Shown here: positions 52,599 through 64,000 of the stretch, in pieces
How the letters are laid out: the number at the start of each line of letters is the position of its first letter
How positions within the stretch are numbered: position 1 is the stretch's first letter
Source of the DNA: Octopus sinensis
Lineage: Eukaryota
Direction: 5' to 3'
Length of the DNA: 64,000 nucleotides
Assembly (NCBI RefSeq): GCF_006345805.1
Contig: NC_043000.1
Location: 55,738,001-55,802,000, forward strand
Program-made: the position numbers and the translations under genes
The notes under the pieces: generated by a model
Seen by the model: only the letters and a program-made list of their open reading frames with translations
Database searches by the model: none
Told to the model about the DNA's origin: nothing

Positions 52599-53666
52599 TT
52601 AATAATTAATTAATTTTACCCTCAATTGTTGAAATTATAATTCATCTCTCTTAGCTAAATTCTGCGGTCTTCACTGTTAATACTTGGTGTTTGTCAATTT
52701 TAACCCACGCTGGTGGAAAGGGGAGAGCAGAAATTCTTCGCTTGCATATTCGAATTTGATAGCACTTTTAGTTCGAGCAGTGATTAGAAGCCGAAATTCT
52801 ATAGGTGATTAGAAGCCGAAAGGGTATGCTCCCGACTTTAAGTGTTCCCAAATCCGATTCAAGGAATTCTGAGCTGAAGAAAGAAATGTCGAATTGACTA
52901 ATCTAGAAACGTACGTTCTCAAATAACCTTTGCACTTGATTTTTTAATGTTTTTTCCCCCATACTTTTGTGAGTTAGTTTAGGCAAACACTATCTGAGAG
53001 AGATCTTCTTTAAGTATTAGAAATAGCTGAAGAAATTTCTTTAGCTGCTATTTCTAATGAGTTCAGCATGTGGCAAAGTAATTTATTTTACTAAGCCCTT
53101 ATATATAATGTAATATTTGAATTCGCCTATAATGGTCCCTTTACATACTGAACACTTGGTGAAACTGATTAATAATTAATAATTTTACCCTCAATTGTTG
53201 AAATTATAATTCATCTCTCTTAGCTAAATTCTGCGGTCTTCACTGTTAATACTTGGTGTTTGTCAATTTTAACCCACGCTGGTGGAAAGGGGAGAGCAGA
53301 AATTCTTCGCTTGCATATTCGAATTTGATAGCACTTTTAGTTCGAGCAGAATTCTATAGGTGATTAGAAGCCGAAAGGGTATGCTCCCGACTTTAAGTGT
53401 TCCCAAATCCGATTCAAGGAATTCTGAGCTGAAGAAGAAATGTCGAATTGACTAATCTAGAAACGTACGTTCTCAAATAACCTTTGCACTTGATTTTTTA
53501 ATGTTTTTTCCCCCATACTTTTGTGAGTTAGTTTAGGCAAACACTATCTGAGAGAGATCTTCTTTAAGTATTAGAAATAGCTGAAGAAATTTCTTTAGCT
53601 GCTATTTCTAATGAGTTCAGTATGTGGCAAAGTAATTTATTTTACTAAGCCCTTATATATAATGTA

Positions 53667-53670
<4 letters not shown>
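52599..53670 (+). repeat. Direct duplication: 52599-53116 (518 bp) and 53169-53670 (502 bp), with a 52-bp spacer
   Basis: The copies are identical apart from a 14-bp insertion, two 1-bp indels and one C/T substitution. Confidence 0.97.
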
Positions 53671-53700
<30 letters not shown>

Positions 53701-53712
53701 TATATATATATA

Positions 53713-54025
53713 AACTAAGTTGTACTGTCTTTAGTCGTAAGACACCCGCTGTTTTTGTCCTGTTATTACCATTATTGTTTTTTGTATTTATATTCGTGTG
53801 GCATCGTCCGTTTTTCTGTCGCTGTTTCGTATACATTCGATCCTTTTTCCAAGAAATCTAATGCTCGTAGCTTAGTTTTTCCTCGGAGCGATCTCAAGAT
53901 TAATCAGCCGAAATTGCTAGGATGATCCGGTTCTTGACTGAAGATTGAAGGCTTCGAATGTCCTGTCCGTGTTTTTTGTATCGTCTTCTAAATGTTTTAC
54001 GTTCTTGTTCCAGTTTGTATTTTTC

Positions 54026-54030
<5 letters not shown>
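53713..54030 (+). mobile_element. ~320-bp insert between two (TA)n arrays, probably a Penelope-like terminal fragment
   Basis: Sharp TA boundaries on both sides. Contains CTGAAGA-TTGAAGGCTTC-GAAT near 53938. Strand is tentative. Confidence 0.45.
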
Positions 54031-54082
<52 letters not shown>

Positions 54083-54230
54083 ATTTAGAAAACACAGAAC
54101 ATATTCTTCCTCGTTATTGATGTGCCCTTATACCACGTTACAGCCCACTCCAACGGTGGGAGCTTAACGAGATTGACAATAAGATCCGAAATCTGGATGG
54201 ACTAATTGTCGCACAATAAGCGAATCTAGA

Positions 54231-54277
<47 letters not shown>

Positions 54278-54283
54278 GGGGGT

Positions 54284-54314
<31 letters not shown>

Positions 54315-54980
54315 ATGTATGTATGTATGTATAAAATATCTCCCGTTAACACGGCTCTTATTCTCTCACTTTTCGAATTAATGCTATTTACAAACAGATA
54401 CAATATCCTATATGCACAAAGCGTATGTGTGGCAAATCTCATAACAAAGATCATGTGTTCAAAACAACCAATCAAAGTAATGTATTTTGCAGTAGTTGTT
54501 TACGGTATTTGGTTTCCATATGAATTGTAAATTCTCGCCGTTTGCTTTATATAACTCATTCTGTCTAAAATGGTGTCCAGTTTCAATTAACAGGGCATTA
54601 ACCACGAAAATATTATAGCTAAACTCACCTCAATAACTATCCATAATAGAAATATAAATGAGGTAAGTTAGAATACTTAACAATGGGGGAGAGTGTCAAT
54701 TCCATATGATTTCTTGGAAGTCGTAAAATATTAGAATAAGCTATTCGGATCGGAAATTGAAAATAAAACAGCTTGACTTTGTAAAATATAATGTAGTGCG
54801 TGGAACTGTAAGGAACATAGGCCGTAATAAAACTGCAGCAATTTCATGTATGCAAACAACGAGGAATAGAAGAAGTGTCATGACTAAATTTGAGTTCATT
54901 AAATATTTGTGGTAAATGGTTTCAGACAAAAACAAATTCTCCTAATCACAAGAATTAAGTAAAGGTATTTAATACAATGT

Positions 54981-55280
54981 GGAAGCACATGGCCTAGTGG
55001 TTAGAGCAGCGGATTCGCGGTGGAGGGATCGCGGGTTCGAATCTCAGACCGGGCGATGTGTGTGTTTATGAGCGAAACACGTAAGCTCAACGCGCCTCGG
55101 GCAGAAGGTAATGGCGAACTTCTGCTGACTCTTTCGCCACAACTTTCTCTCACTCTTTCCTCCTGCATCTTGCAGCTGACCTGCGACGGACCGGCGTCCC
55201 GTCCAGGTGGGGAACATATACGCCAAGGAAAACGGGAAACCGGCTCTTATGAGCCAAGCGTGGCTCGAGAAGGAACAAAA
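54981..55280 (+). mobile_element. tRNA-derived SINE family C, full length
   Basis: Box A TGGCCTAGTGG (54990-55000) and box B GGTTCGAATCT (55034-55044). The body contains cctgcgacggaccggcgtcccgtccagg, shared with 42243-42418. Confidence 0.9.
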
Positions 55281-55329
55281 TTTAATACAATATTTCGCGA
55301 ATTCAAGTACTTCTAGCTAATAATCTTTT

Positions 55330-55619
55330 CTTCTATAGGCACAAGGCCCGACATTTTGGCGGGAGAAAACTAGTCAGCTACATCCTGTTCTATTCTAGGC
55401 ATAAGGCCCAGAATTTTGGGGGAGGGTGCCAGTCGATTAGATCGACCCCAGTACGCAACTGGTACTTAATTTATCGACCCCGAAATGATGAAAGACGAAA
55501 TTTGACTAGTTAACTACATCGATCCGTAGCGCTCGTTTAGTGCTTATTTCATCGAACCGAACTCAGAGCATGTAAACATTTTGTCCGGCGCGATAACGAT
55601 TCTGCCAGTTTGCCACCTT
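55330..55619 (-). mobile_element. SINE family A, composite of partial copies
   Basis: ggcacaaggccc-type blocks occur twice; also gtcgattagatcgaccccagtacgcaactggtacttaatttatcgacccc and taacgattctgccagtttgccacc. Confidence 0.8.
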
Positions 55620-55823
55620 ATTTCAAACAAGTAATAATGGATACTAAACGAATAATCGGCTTCGCTCAGGAAACAAGATACTGATTTATGAGTCAATTAG
55701 TTGAATTCGAACCGTGGTTATTCTGCATGAAATTGATATTTCAATGTTTGTATAATTTGTAACAGAATTGTTTTCAAATCTGTTTCTCAGAGCACAAACA
55801 AAACATAAGCGATGCATGCATAA

Positions 55824-55909
<86 letters not shown>

Positions 55910-55999
55910 TGTATGTATTTATGTATGTGTATTTCTTTTATATTTTAGTAATGTGGCCGCGGTGTGCAGGAGCACAGGAGCAAACATAGCCTATGCAAG

Positions 56000-56155
56000 C
56001 ATGACTGTGGTTAAGAAATTCACCTCACTTTGAGGCCACATGGCTTCCGATTCAGTCCCGCTGCCCAACACCCAGAGTAAGTGTAGTCTAGTATAGCTCA
56101 TCGTAAATCTTGTGAGTGAATTTGGTAGAAGGAAATGTGCAAAAGCCCGTCGTGT
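56000..56155 (+). mobile_element. SINE family B 5' half, degenerate
   Basis: gactgtggttaagaa..ccacatgg..gattcagtccc..cttgtgagtgaatttggtaga.ggaaa..aagcccgtcgt. Confidence 0.65.
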
Positions 56156-56182
56156 AATTAATATATATATATACACCCATAC

Positions 56183-56223
<41 letters not shown>

Positions 56224-56297
56224 CAAAATGAGATTTAAAAAAAGACAAGGCTGTGAGTAGTTTTCAGGACATCTATAAGGAAAAAAATATAGATATA

Positions 56298-56345
56298 ATC
56301 TTACAGCTATTTCTGCGATATTATGGATATCCCGTTATCAGAGAC
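56298..56345 (-). ncRNA. Minimal type I hammerhead ribozyme remnant (left copy)
   Basis: GTCT-CTGATAA-C-GGGATAT-CCATA-ATATCGC-A-GAAA-TAGCTGTA-AGAT. The core has a G>A change and stem III is altered, so it is likely inactive. Confidence 0.5.
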
Positions 56346-56564
56346 GATGTGAGATGGTTAAATAGAGGTAAATATTTGAGTTCGAAATAAAGAACTATTA
56401 TGGAAAATGAGGAATATAGAGAGAAATGAGAGAATGAAAGTAGAAATAAAATATAAAATGTACACGAAACTTTCTTACCACTTCTAAACACCATTTTCCA
56501 TGAATAATGGAACTACAACTACAATATCTCTATATATTTTATATTTTATTTCTACATTTCTACA

Positions 56565-56966
56565 GGCGCAGGAGTGGCTGTGTGGTAAGTAGCTTGTTTA
56601 CCAACCACAGGGTTCCGGATTCAGTCCCACTGCGTGGCACCTTGGGCAAGTGTCTTTTACTATAGCCTCGGGCCGACCAAAGCCTTGTGAGTGGATTTGG
56701 TAGACGGAAACTGAAAGAAGCCCATCGTATATATGTATATATATATATGCGTGTGTGTGTTTGTGTGTATGTGTTTGTCCCCCTAGCATTGATTAACAAC
56801 CGATGCTGGTGTGTTTATGTTCCCGTTACTTAGCGGTTCGGCAAAAGATACCGATAGAATAAGTACTGGGCTTACAAAAGAATAAGTCCCGGAGTCGAGT
56901 TGCTCGATTAAAGGCGGTGCTCCAGCATGGCCTCAGTCAAATGACTGAAACAAGTAAAAGAGTAAA
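56565..56966 (+). mobile_element. tRNA-derived SINE family B, full length
   Basis: GGCGCAGGAG-TGGCTGTGTGG (box A), GGATTCAGTCC (box B), an internal TA/TG run, and a gtaaaagagtaa tail. Near-identical to the reverse complement of 34547-34968. Confidence 0.95.
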
Positions 56967-57072
56967 TAGTATTCATTGTCTCATTTCCCTCTATATTCCC
57001 TATCTCCTCATTTTCCATAATAATTCCTTATTTCGAACTCAAATATTTACCTCTGTTTAACCATCTCACATC

Positions 57073-57120
57073 GTCTTTGATGAAGGCATATCCATAATAT
57101 CCCAGAAACAGCTGTAAGAC
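57073..57120 (+). ncRNA. Minimal type I hammerhead ribozyme remnant (right copy)
   Basis: GTCT-TTGATGA-A-GGCATAT-CCATA-ATATCCC-A-GAAA-CAGCTGTA-AGAC. Stem I GTCT/AGAC, palindromic stem III ACAGCTGT, GUA cleavage triplet; the core has a C>T change. Confidence 0.55.
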
Positions 57121-57352
57121 AATATCTATATCTTTTTCCTTATAAATGTCCTGAAAGCACCTCACAGCCTTGGCTTTGTGATCCCATTTTGTCTAATATA
57201 CATACGCATGCAAATACAAACCCACATTAGACTCCTCACTTGTATCACTATCGAACCAAGAGTTAACTACGGTCTCTCCATAGCACTTACTTAGCGTTAC
57301 CTGCCACTCTTTGGGTCTTCTAGATACTAATACCTCTCATACCATCGCCTAT

Positions 57353-57407
<55 letters not shown>

Positions 57408-57414
57408 ATGTTAC

Positions 57415-57682
57415 TTTATGAGCTTAAAGCTAATAACCGATCATCGTGTATTGACTAAAACAAATAGTATAATATTGGAGCTTATAAGCCCTCGATGGAA
57501 AAAGTGAGTGAGTACGTTGGTGTAAATGGTAGCACACTTATCACAGAAATATAGTATTGTGAGTTCGAGTGCTATGCGTACGGAAAACCCACATTCTTTC
57601 GTCGATGGCTTAAATGCCCTAATATCACACTATTTTCTTTAGTCAATACACGGTGAACGCTTATAAGCTTTCAGCTCATAAA
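57415..57682. repeat. Foldback with ~90-bp imperfect arms and a tRNA-like loop
   Basis: 57415-57506 pairs with 57590-57682 (cgtgtattgactaaa/tttagtcaatacacg perfect). The loop has TGGTGTAAATGG (57518-57529) and GAGTTCGAGT (57561-57570). Confidence 0.75.
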
Positions 57683-57786
57683 ATATTATCATTTACAGAA
57701 TTTTAAAATCATCGCATATTTCTATACACACACACACACGCACACACGCACACACACACACACACCACACACACACACACCACACA

Positions 57787-57845
<59 letters not shown>

Positions 57846-57860
57846 GTATACATACATGTG

Positions 57861-57894
<34 letters not shown>

Positions 57895-58220
57895 TGTGCA
57901 GACATACAATGTCTGCGCATGAGTAACTATATGTGATTGAGTATGTATGTGTGCGTACGTGTGATATTACTATCGCGATATATGTGGTTTTGTTCGTGAA
58001 GAAGTGTGCGTTTCCATTTTATGAAAACCTGGGATTTTTTTGTCGAGAAAGTTTTCAGAAGAGAAAAATATTGGCGAAAACGTGTGCATGAATCTATTCA
58101 TATATGGATCTATCTATACATTCATACGCACACGTGTGTATGCGTTTCTTAATGTGTCTGTGAATGTGCGTGTGTTTGTGCACCTGTTATGCGTATGTTT
58201 CTGCACGTGTGTGTGCGTGA

Positions 58221-58258
<38 letters not shown>

Positions 58259-58349
58259 TGTGTGTGTGTATGTGTGTGTGTGTATTCAGTGTGAATTGTT
58301 TGAGAGATATGCAGTGTAAATAGTTTGAGAGATTTTTAGCTAGAAAGAG

Positions 58350-58519
58350 GTTTATCTATCATTTTATTTTTATCTTCCGTAAATGTATCAGGTCCCCCAA
58401 TTTGAAACCTGATAGTTTTCGATTTGAGGGACCTGCTACAGAAGTTTATTTATCATTTTTATTTCTATCTTCTGTAAACGTTGTAGCAGGGTCCCTCAAT
58501 TTGAAACCTGACAGTTTTC
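58350..58519. repeat. Direct repeat with an inverted fragment between the copies
   Basis: Copy 1 at 58350-58420 and copy 2 at 58444-58519. The spacer atttgagggacctgctaca is the near reverse complement of tgtagcagggtccctcaat. Confidence 0.8.
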
Positions 58520-59282
58520 TTTCCAATTAGAAATGTTCGTTAACAAGAACAGATATTACAGATTGTATGATAATGTCATGAACAAACAGATCAATGACGG
58601 TGGACAGCAATACATCAAATTCATTAACTGATTACAACAAAAACTCTGACTAATCAAAAGTTGTTTATTGCAAATCAATAAGGATTTGATTAACCTTAGC
58701 TCAGCTCATAAAAGAGGATCAAAGGACACATAGACAGTTAAACCTTCATGACAGACAGAAGAGAAAGAGATTCAGTTACAGAGAAAGAAATGAGGGTAAT
58801 AATGAGCCGCATCAATCGTTGACTACCGAAGGATTGAACGACCAAATTAATCCAAAAACGTCAATAGACAAGCATTCATTTGAAATCTCTCCCATCAAGG
58901 CAGTCGTACACTATGTCCAAGTAAGTAAGTAATGTGAAAGCAATATTATATTACAGAATCAAACTACAGCATTAATCTCATTATCCGATGTTACACCGTT
59001 TTCTTTTATTGGAATTGTCGTGTTTTATCTTCAACATTTAGCGACAAACAGATTTGAAAACGACAGTGACCTCTTCTCATTCATCCAAAACTCGCCCGTT
59101 ATATTGCTAAAATGTAAATAAATAAACCCTATTTCTGTTTAAATGTCTGCACTTCCTCGTTTGCAGGGTTTCAGAATAGTGAAAATATTTTCCTGGTCAA
59201 AAGTAAAAGTGTTGACTGTATGTGAGTGCGAGCGTGCGCATGAGAGTGTGTGTTTGTTTGTGTGTGTGTGTGCGAGTGTGCG

Positions 59283-59315
<33 letters not shown>

Positions 59316-59347
59316 TTGTGTGCATATCTATCTACCTATTTATATAT

Positions 59348-59950
<603 letters not shown>

Positions 59951-60731
59951 TTTATAGACATGCATACAACTTCACACACCTTATGTGTGCGTACTTGTTT
60001 ATATGTGTGTATGCATAGGCGTTTGCATGCAACTTGTTTTTCAAATCCTTTCGGAATTTTGTTGCTATATTAGAGAAAGCTAAAGTCAAAATTTGCATAT
60101 TATAAGATTTAATCTTGAGATATTATTTGAATATGAACTAAACATAGTCTTAAATGTTAATTTTTGTAAACAACTCTTAATTAATCTATTCTAATGAACG
60201 GAAGCATTCCTAGAGGAGTTAAGTTAGCTTATCTGACAAATGTTATGTTAATATCATTAAATTAGCTACAGAATAACGTCTTAAATTCAATGTTGCACAG
60301 TCTAACTATTACAGAGACAGTTGTCTAATCGCTTAGCGATGTACATACACCATAAACATAACTGGAATATTACTACAATACTTTTCAAAGTTATTCGGTC
60401 TTTTCCATCTGATCAATAAGAATATATGTCAAGTATGATTCCTGAACTAGCAGCAAAATCAATTTCCTTTTTAAGAATGAATGCTGTGCTTGTTCCCAAA
60501 CAATCCCTGATAAACCCTAAAGAACACTAGACTCGTATATACAAAGTTCACATGATATGTCAGCGTTGCATTGACTATCTTTAACTTTTATGTTGTTGGA
60601 CAATCAATATTTGGTGTTCGGTGGCCCAAGAGGAGGAAATGGCTTGAATCATACATAAAATTACATTGGTTAGTGAATATTCTTTATTGTACAACCGTCT
60701 GTATGTGAGTGCTCGCGTGTGCTTACTTATG

Positions 60732-60786
<55 letters not shown>

Positions 60787-60853
60787 GTAATGTATGTATA
60801 TATATTCATATATGAAAAATATTTACCCACAGATTTACATAAGTGCACGTACT

Positions 60854-60893
<40 letters not shown>

Positions 60894-62119
60894 CATATAT
60901 ATATATACTCTCACACACACACCCATACATACATATATAAGAATGTATACATGTATGGTGCAGTGGTTTTAAATTATTTTACATGACATGCAATTATTTA
61001 CTCGCACGAATTGCATATAACGAATACAAAAACAATTGACATCTCCTTGGCAACAGGAAACGACAAGCCTGAAAACTGCTCAGTATACTTCACGTGATTA
61101 GCGTGTATTTACAAATTCAGATATCTGACAGGAAATGTGTAAACTTTGAAAAGCTAATTGAATACGAAACTATCACATTTTCTCGCCAGCTGGTCATGCT
61201 TCTACAGGAGAAGAAGCATTTCAACATATTTACAAAGCAAAAGACAAAACAAAAGAAGAAAGAATGCATTACTTGAATGCATGAGTGTTTGGTATACAAT
61301 ACTGGTCATTGAAGCTACATAAGTACAGCACATTGTAAGAACAAAATAGGTTTTTCACATCGGTTTGCTAAAATGATACAAACATCTTCCCTAGTTATAT
61401 TTCTTTTTTTAAGGCTTTCAGTTACCACACTTATCTTTGTTTGGTGTAATTTAAGCATTGATCTACAGTGTTTACCCCCACTTTGATGCAACTACAAATT
61501 TTGACTATTAAAAGCTTTAGCACTCGTTACATTGTTTTAGCACTTAATTAATGACAGATGAAATTAGATAATTTAGGCATATTCATTACTGATTTTTGTC
61601 CGAACGATACCTGTTCAAAGGATCCTGTCTACTTCAGTAACATTGACTTCAGTCAAAACAAACACACAATATACTTCAATATCAATACCTTTCTTGATTA
61701 TGAGAAGAATTCTTACATCTACGGCGATTACTAGTGAGGAACAAACACACTAACGATTACAAGATTCTTCCTAAAATAAAAGTAGTTATAACAGTGTGCA
61801 GACACGCTAGGTTCTTTGCACACGTGCTCTTGGAGAAAGAGGAGTCATATTCTCTCAAAAAAAAACCTACATTGTGAACAAAAGAGAAATTCAATGACGT
61901 AGGTAGTGATAAATATTTTGTCTAAATCTGACGGAGATGTTTCTGAAATCGACAAGTCTCTTCAACTTACTTTCAGAATCTAGAAACCGGTTCCCACCAC
62001 GAAGACTCTTCGAAAATTTGGGGCGGAAGTTTAACGAAATTAACTAAGAAAAGAAACAACCAGAACAGATATCGCATGCCATTTTATTCGACACTTCTAC
62101 AATTCCTTAAATACTGCCG

Positions 62120-62258
62120 TAATCTGGTACTTTATTCATTGATACCGTAAGGAAGCAAGGTTAAGTTTACCTCGGAGGAATTTGAACTAAGAATGCAAAA
62201 GGATGAAACAAATACTGCAAAGAACTCTGTCCAATGCTCTGATGACTCTCCCACTTCG
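62120..62258 (-). mobile_element. SINE family A, degenerate
   Basis: ctggtactttattcattgat..aag.aagcaagg..acctcggaggaatttgaactaagaa. Confidence 0.6.
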
Positions 62259-63047
62259 GGGACTTTGTTTAGAAAGGAAAAGACAGCATAGTAACGAGTG
62301 GATGACCTTTAAATTTAGTGATTTTTAATCTGGTAATAACAACAACGGTAGAAATAAAAACAATAAGGCCATAGAACAGACACAAATATTTACGTACACG
62401 CTTCCTCACACATAAATACACATCTACATGCAAACTGCAAACATTAACACATACATTGTGTATATATGTTTGTGTGCCTTTGTTACGAAATATTACATCA
62501 ACACGCACACATATACGCACGTACACATATATCTATAAGAATGTAAAGAGACTTAGAAACAAATAGACATATGTACGCTCAAATCATAAACAAGGACTGA
62601 TATGAAAATAAGTTGTTTCGGCACGCATTCTTATATGTGAATGCATATACAAATATATTCGTACACACATTCAAATAGAAATGATCATCAACCCAATTCG
62701 AAATATGTTCAACCGATGTATGAGCATATTATATTAATCTGCATATTAGAGAGACAGATAGACAGGCAAGTAGACAGCCGGCTGACCGGACAGACAGACA
62801 GACAGACAGGCAAACAGACAGATAGATAGATAGGTAGACAGAGATAGAGAGACACACATATTGGATGTGTTTGAATGCACGTTCAAGTTTGTAAACCAGA
62901 GGAAAAAATATACAATACATAGAAAGACTGTAAATATCTATTATATTATATTCAGTTTTGTATTAATAGCTTTAGCTTTTCATTTAACTCATATACACTT
63001 TCCTAAATATGTGTATGCGTCTGTGTGTGCATGTGTGCATGTATATA

Positions 63048-63087
<40 letters not shown>

Positions 63088-64000
63088 AAGGCAGAGATAT
63101 TTATATAAATATAAAGATCGCATAGATATAGAGTAGATGTACAGTGCAGTGACATGTAAGGCTGTGTTTGAATGTGTAGGTGTGTTGATGTACCCATATA
63201 TATATATATATTTGTCCGTAAATATATATATATAGTCAGAGATAGAGACGTACACAAACAGACTGATAGATTCAAACATTCAGACATATGTATATAAAGA
63301 AATATATATAACTATACACACATAAACATATATATATATACTTATTTATTTATATTTATTCATATACACCCACATATTTATTTATATACGCACAAAGAGC
63401 GAATAAAATATGGTATTTAGTTACAGATAACCATGCTGATAGAATCATACGGAGATAGACAGATATATTGATAATTGCACAAGGAAGTGTATATCATTTG
63501 ATTTTTAGGTGATCTGACCCGTTATTTTAGTTCAAATTATTTTCTAGTTCATGTGAAAGAGTACTAAATACATATATTGTTATTTTAGCAATACAGATTG
63601 CTAGATAATATGATAGTATATCCTTTGATTTCAAGGAATTATTCCTCTAACCCGTCATATCTCAGTGCAAGTTATTTTTGAAGTTCGACTCAAAACGTGA
63701 CAGACGTACACACAAAGTTATTTTAGTGATGTACATTGTTGTCCAACCCCCGCTAATATTTTACATTAGCATACATCTAGTTACTCATATGAATATGTAT
63801 GAATGTTGTTATATGAATATGTATGATCGCCCTTATACATATAGAAATGCATGAGTATGTACAGGAATATGGGAACGTGTATATGTATAGGTTATATCGG
63901 TGCATGTGCGAGAACGCACTATTTTGTGTACATGTATGCGTATTAATTTCAATAAATCATAAGAAGATGCACACTAAAAACGCCAATGGATAAAACATTT

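Larger units (their letters stand above)
56222..57193. repeat. Inverted pair of Penelope-type terminal repeats (foldback) interrupted by a SINE
   Basis: 56222-56438 is the reverse complement of 56972-57193 (long shared blocks such as gacgatgtgagatggttaaa.agaggtaaatatttgagttcgaaataa). Inner arms 56440-56459 and 56536-56555 also pair. A long TA array lies on the left and a short atata run on the right. Confidence 0.9.

Noticed and set aside
53015-53058. Imperfect palindrome attagaaatagc..gaagaaa|tttcttt..gctatttctaat (repeated at ~53568-53611)
   Set aside because: Short, AT-rich and bulged; most simply a remnant of a small foldback repeat copied with the duplication.
52599-53670. LTR retrotransposon or CRISPR-like array
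   Set aside because: No TG...CA ends, PBS, PPT or internal ORF; only two long units. The eukaryotic context has no cas genes.
54981-55060. tRNA genes here and at 56565-56640, 34890-34968 and 57510-57580
   Set aside because: Box A/B motifs are present, but there is no complete cloverleaf. Three continue into SINE bodies and the fourth is a degenerate head in a foldback loop.

Overview
AT-rich eukaryotic non-coding DNA dominated by microsatellites (AAT, TA, CA, TACA, GATA, TAG/CAG, GAA) and decayed transposable elements. The tRNA-headed SINEs and the repeat landscape look like an octopus (coleoid cephalopod) genome; this is an inference from pattern recognition, not a search. I find no host protein-coding gene I can support, and nearly all ORFs in the track are microsatellite or antisense-TE artefacts. 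Recognisable elements are several R4/Dong-clade (RLE) retrotransposon fragments, a 5'-truncated RTE LINE, a Mos1-type mariner plus a second mariner stub, a Helitron helicase C-terminus, a Penelope-like GIY-YIG fragment, and three SINE families (called A, B and C here). Four structures stand out. (1) A ~560-bp non-coding element with fixed ends occurs four times in a cluster of (AAT)n-embedded Dong remnants. (2) A series of TA-flanked foldback structures of different ages includes a 266-bp zero-spacer palindrome. (3) An inverted pair of Penelope-type termini each carry a minimal hammerhead ribozyme, and their two-copy consensus restores the core. (4) A near-identical ~510-bp tandem duplication carries a 14-bp templated insertion in one copy. 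Whether any of these is undescribed needs database checks that I cannot run.
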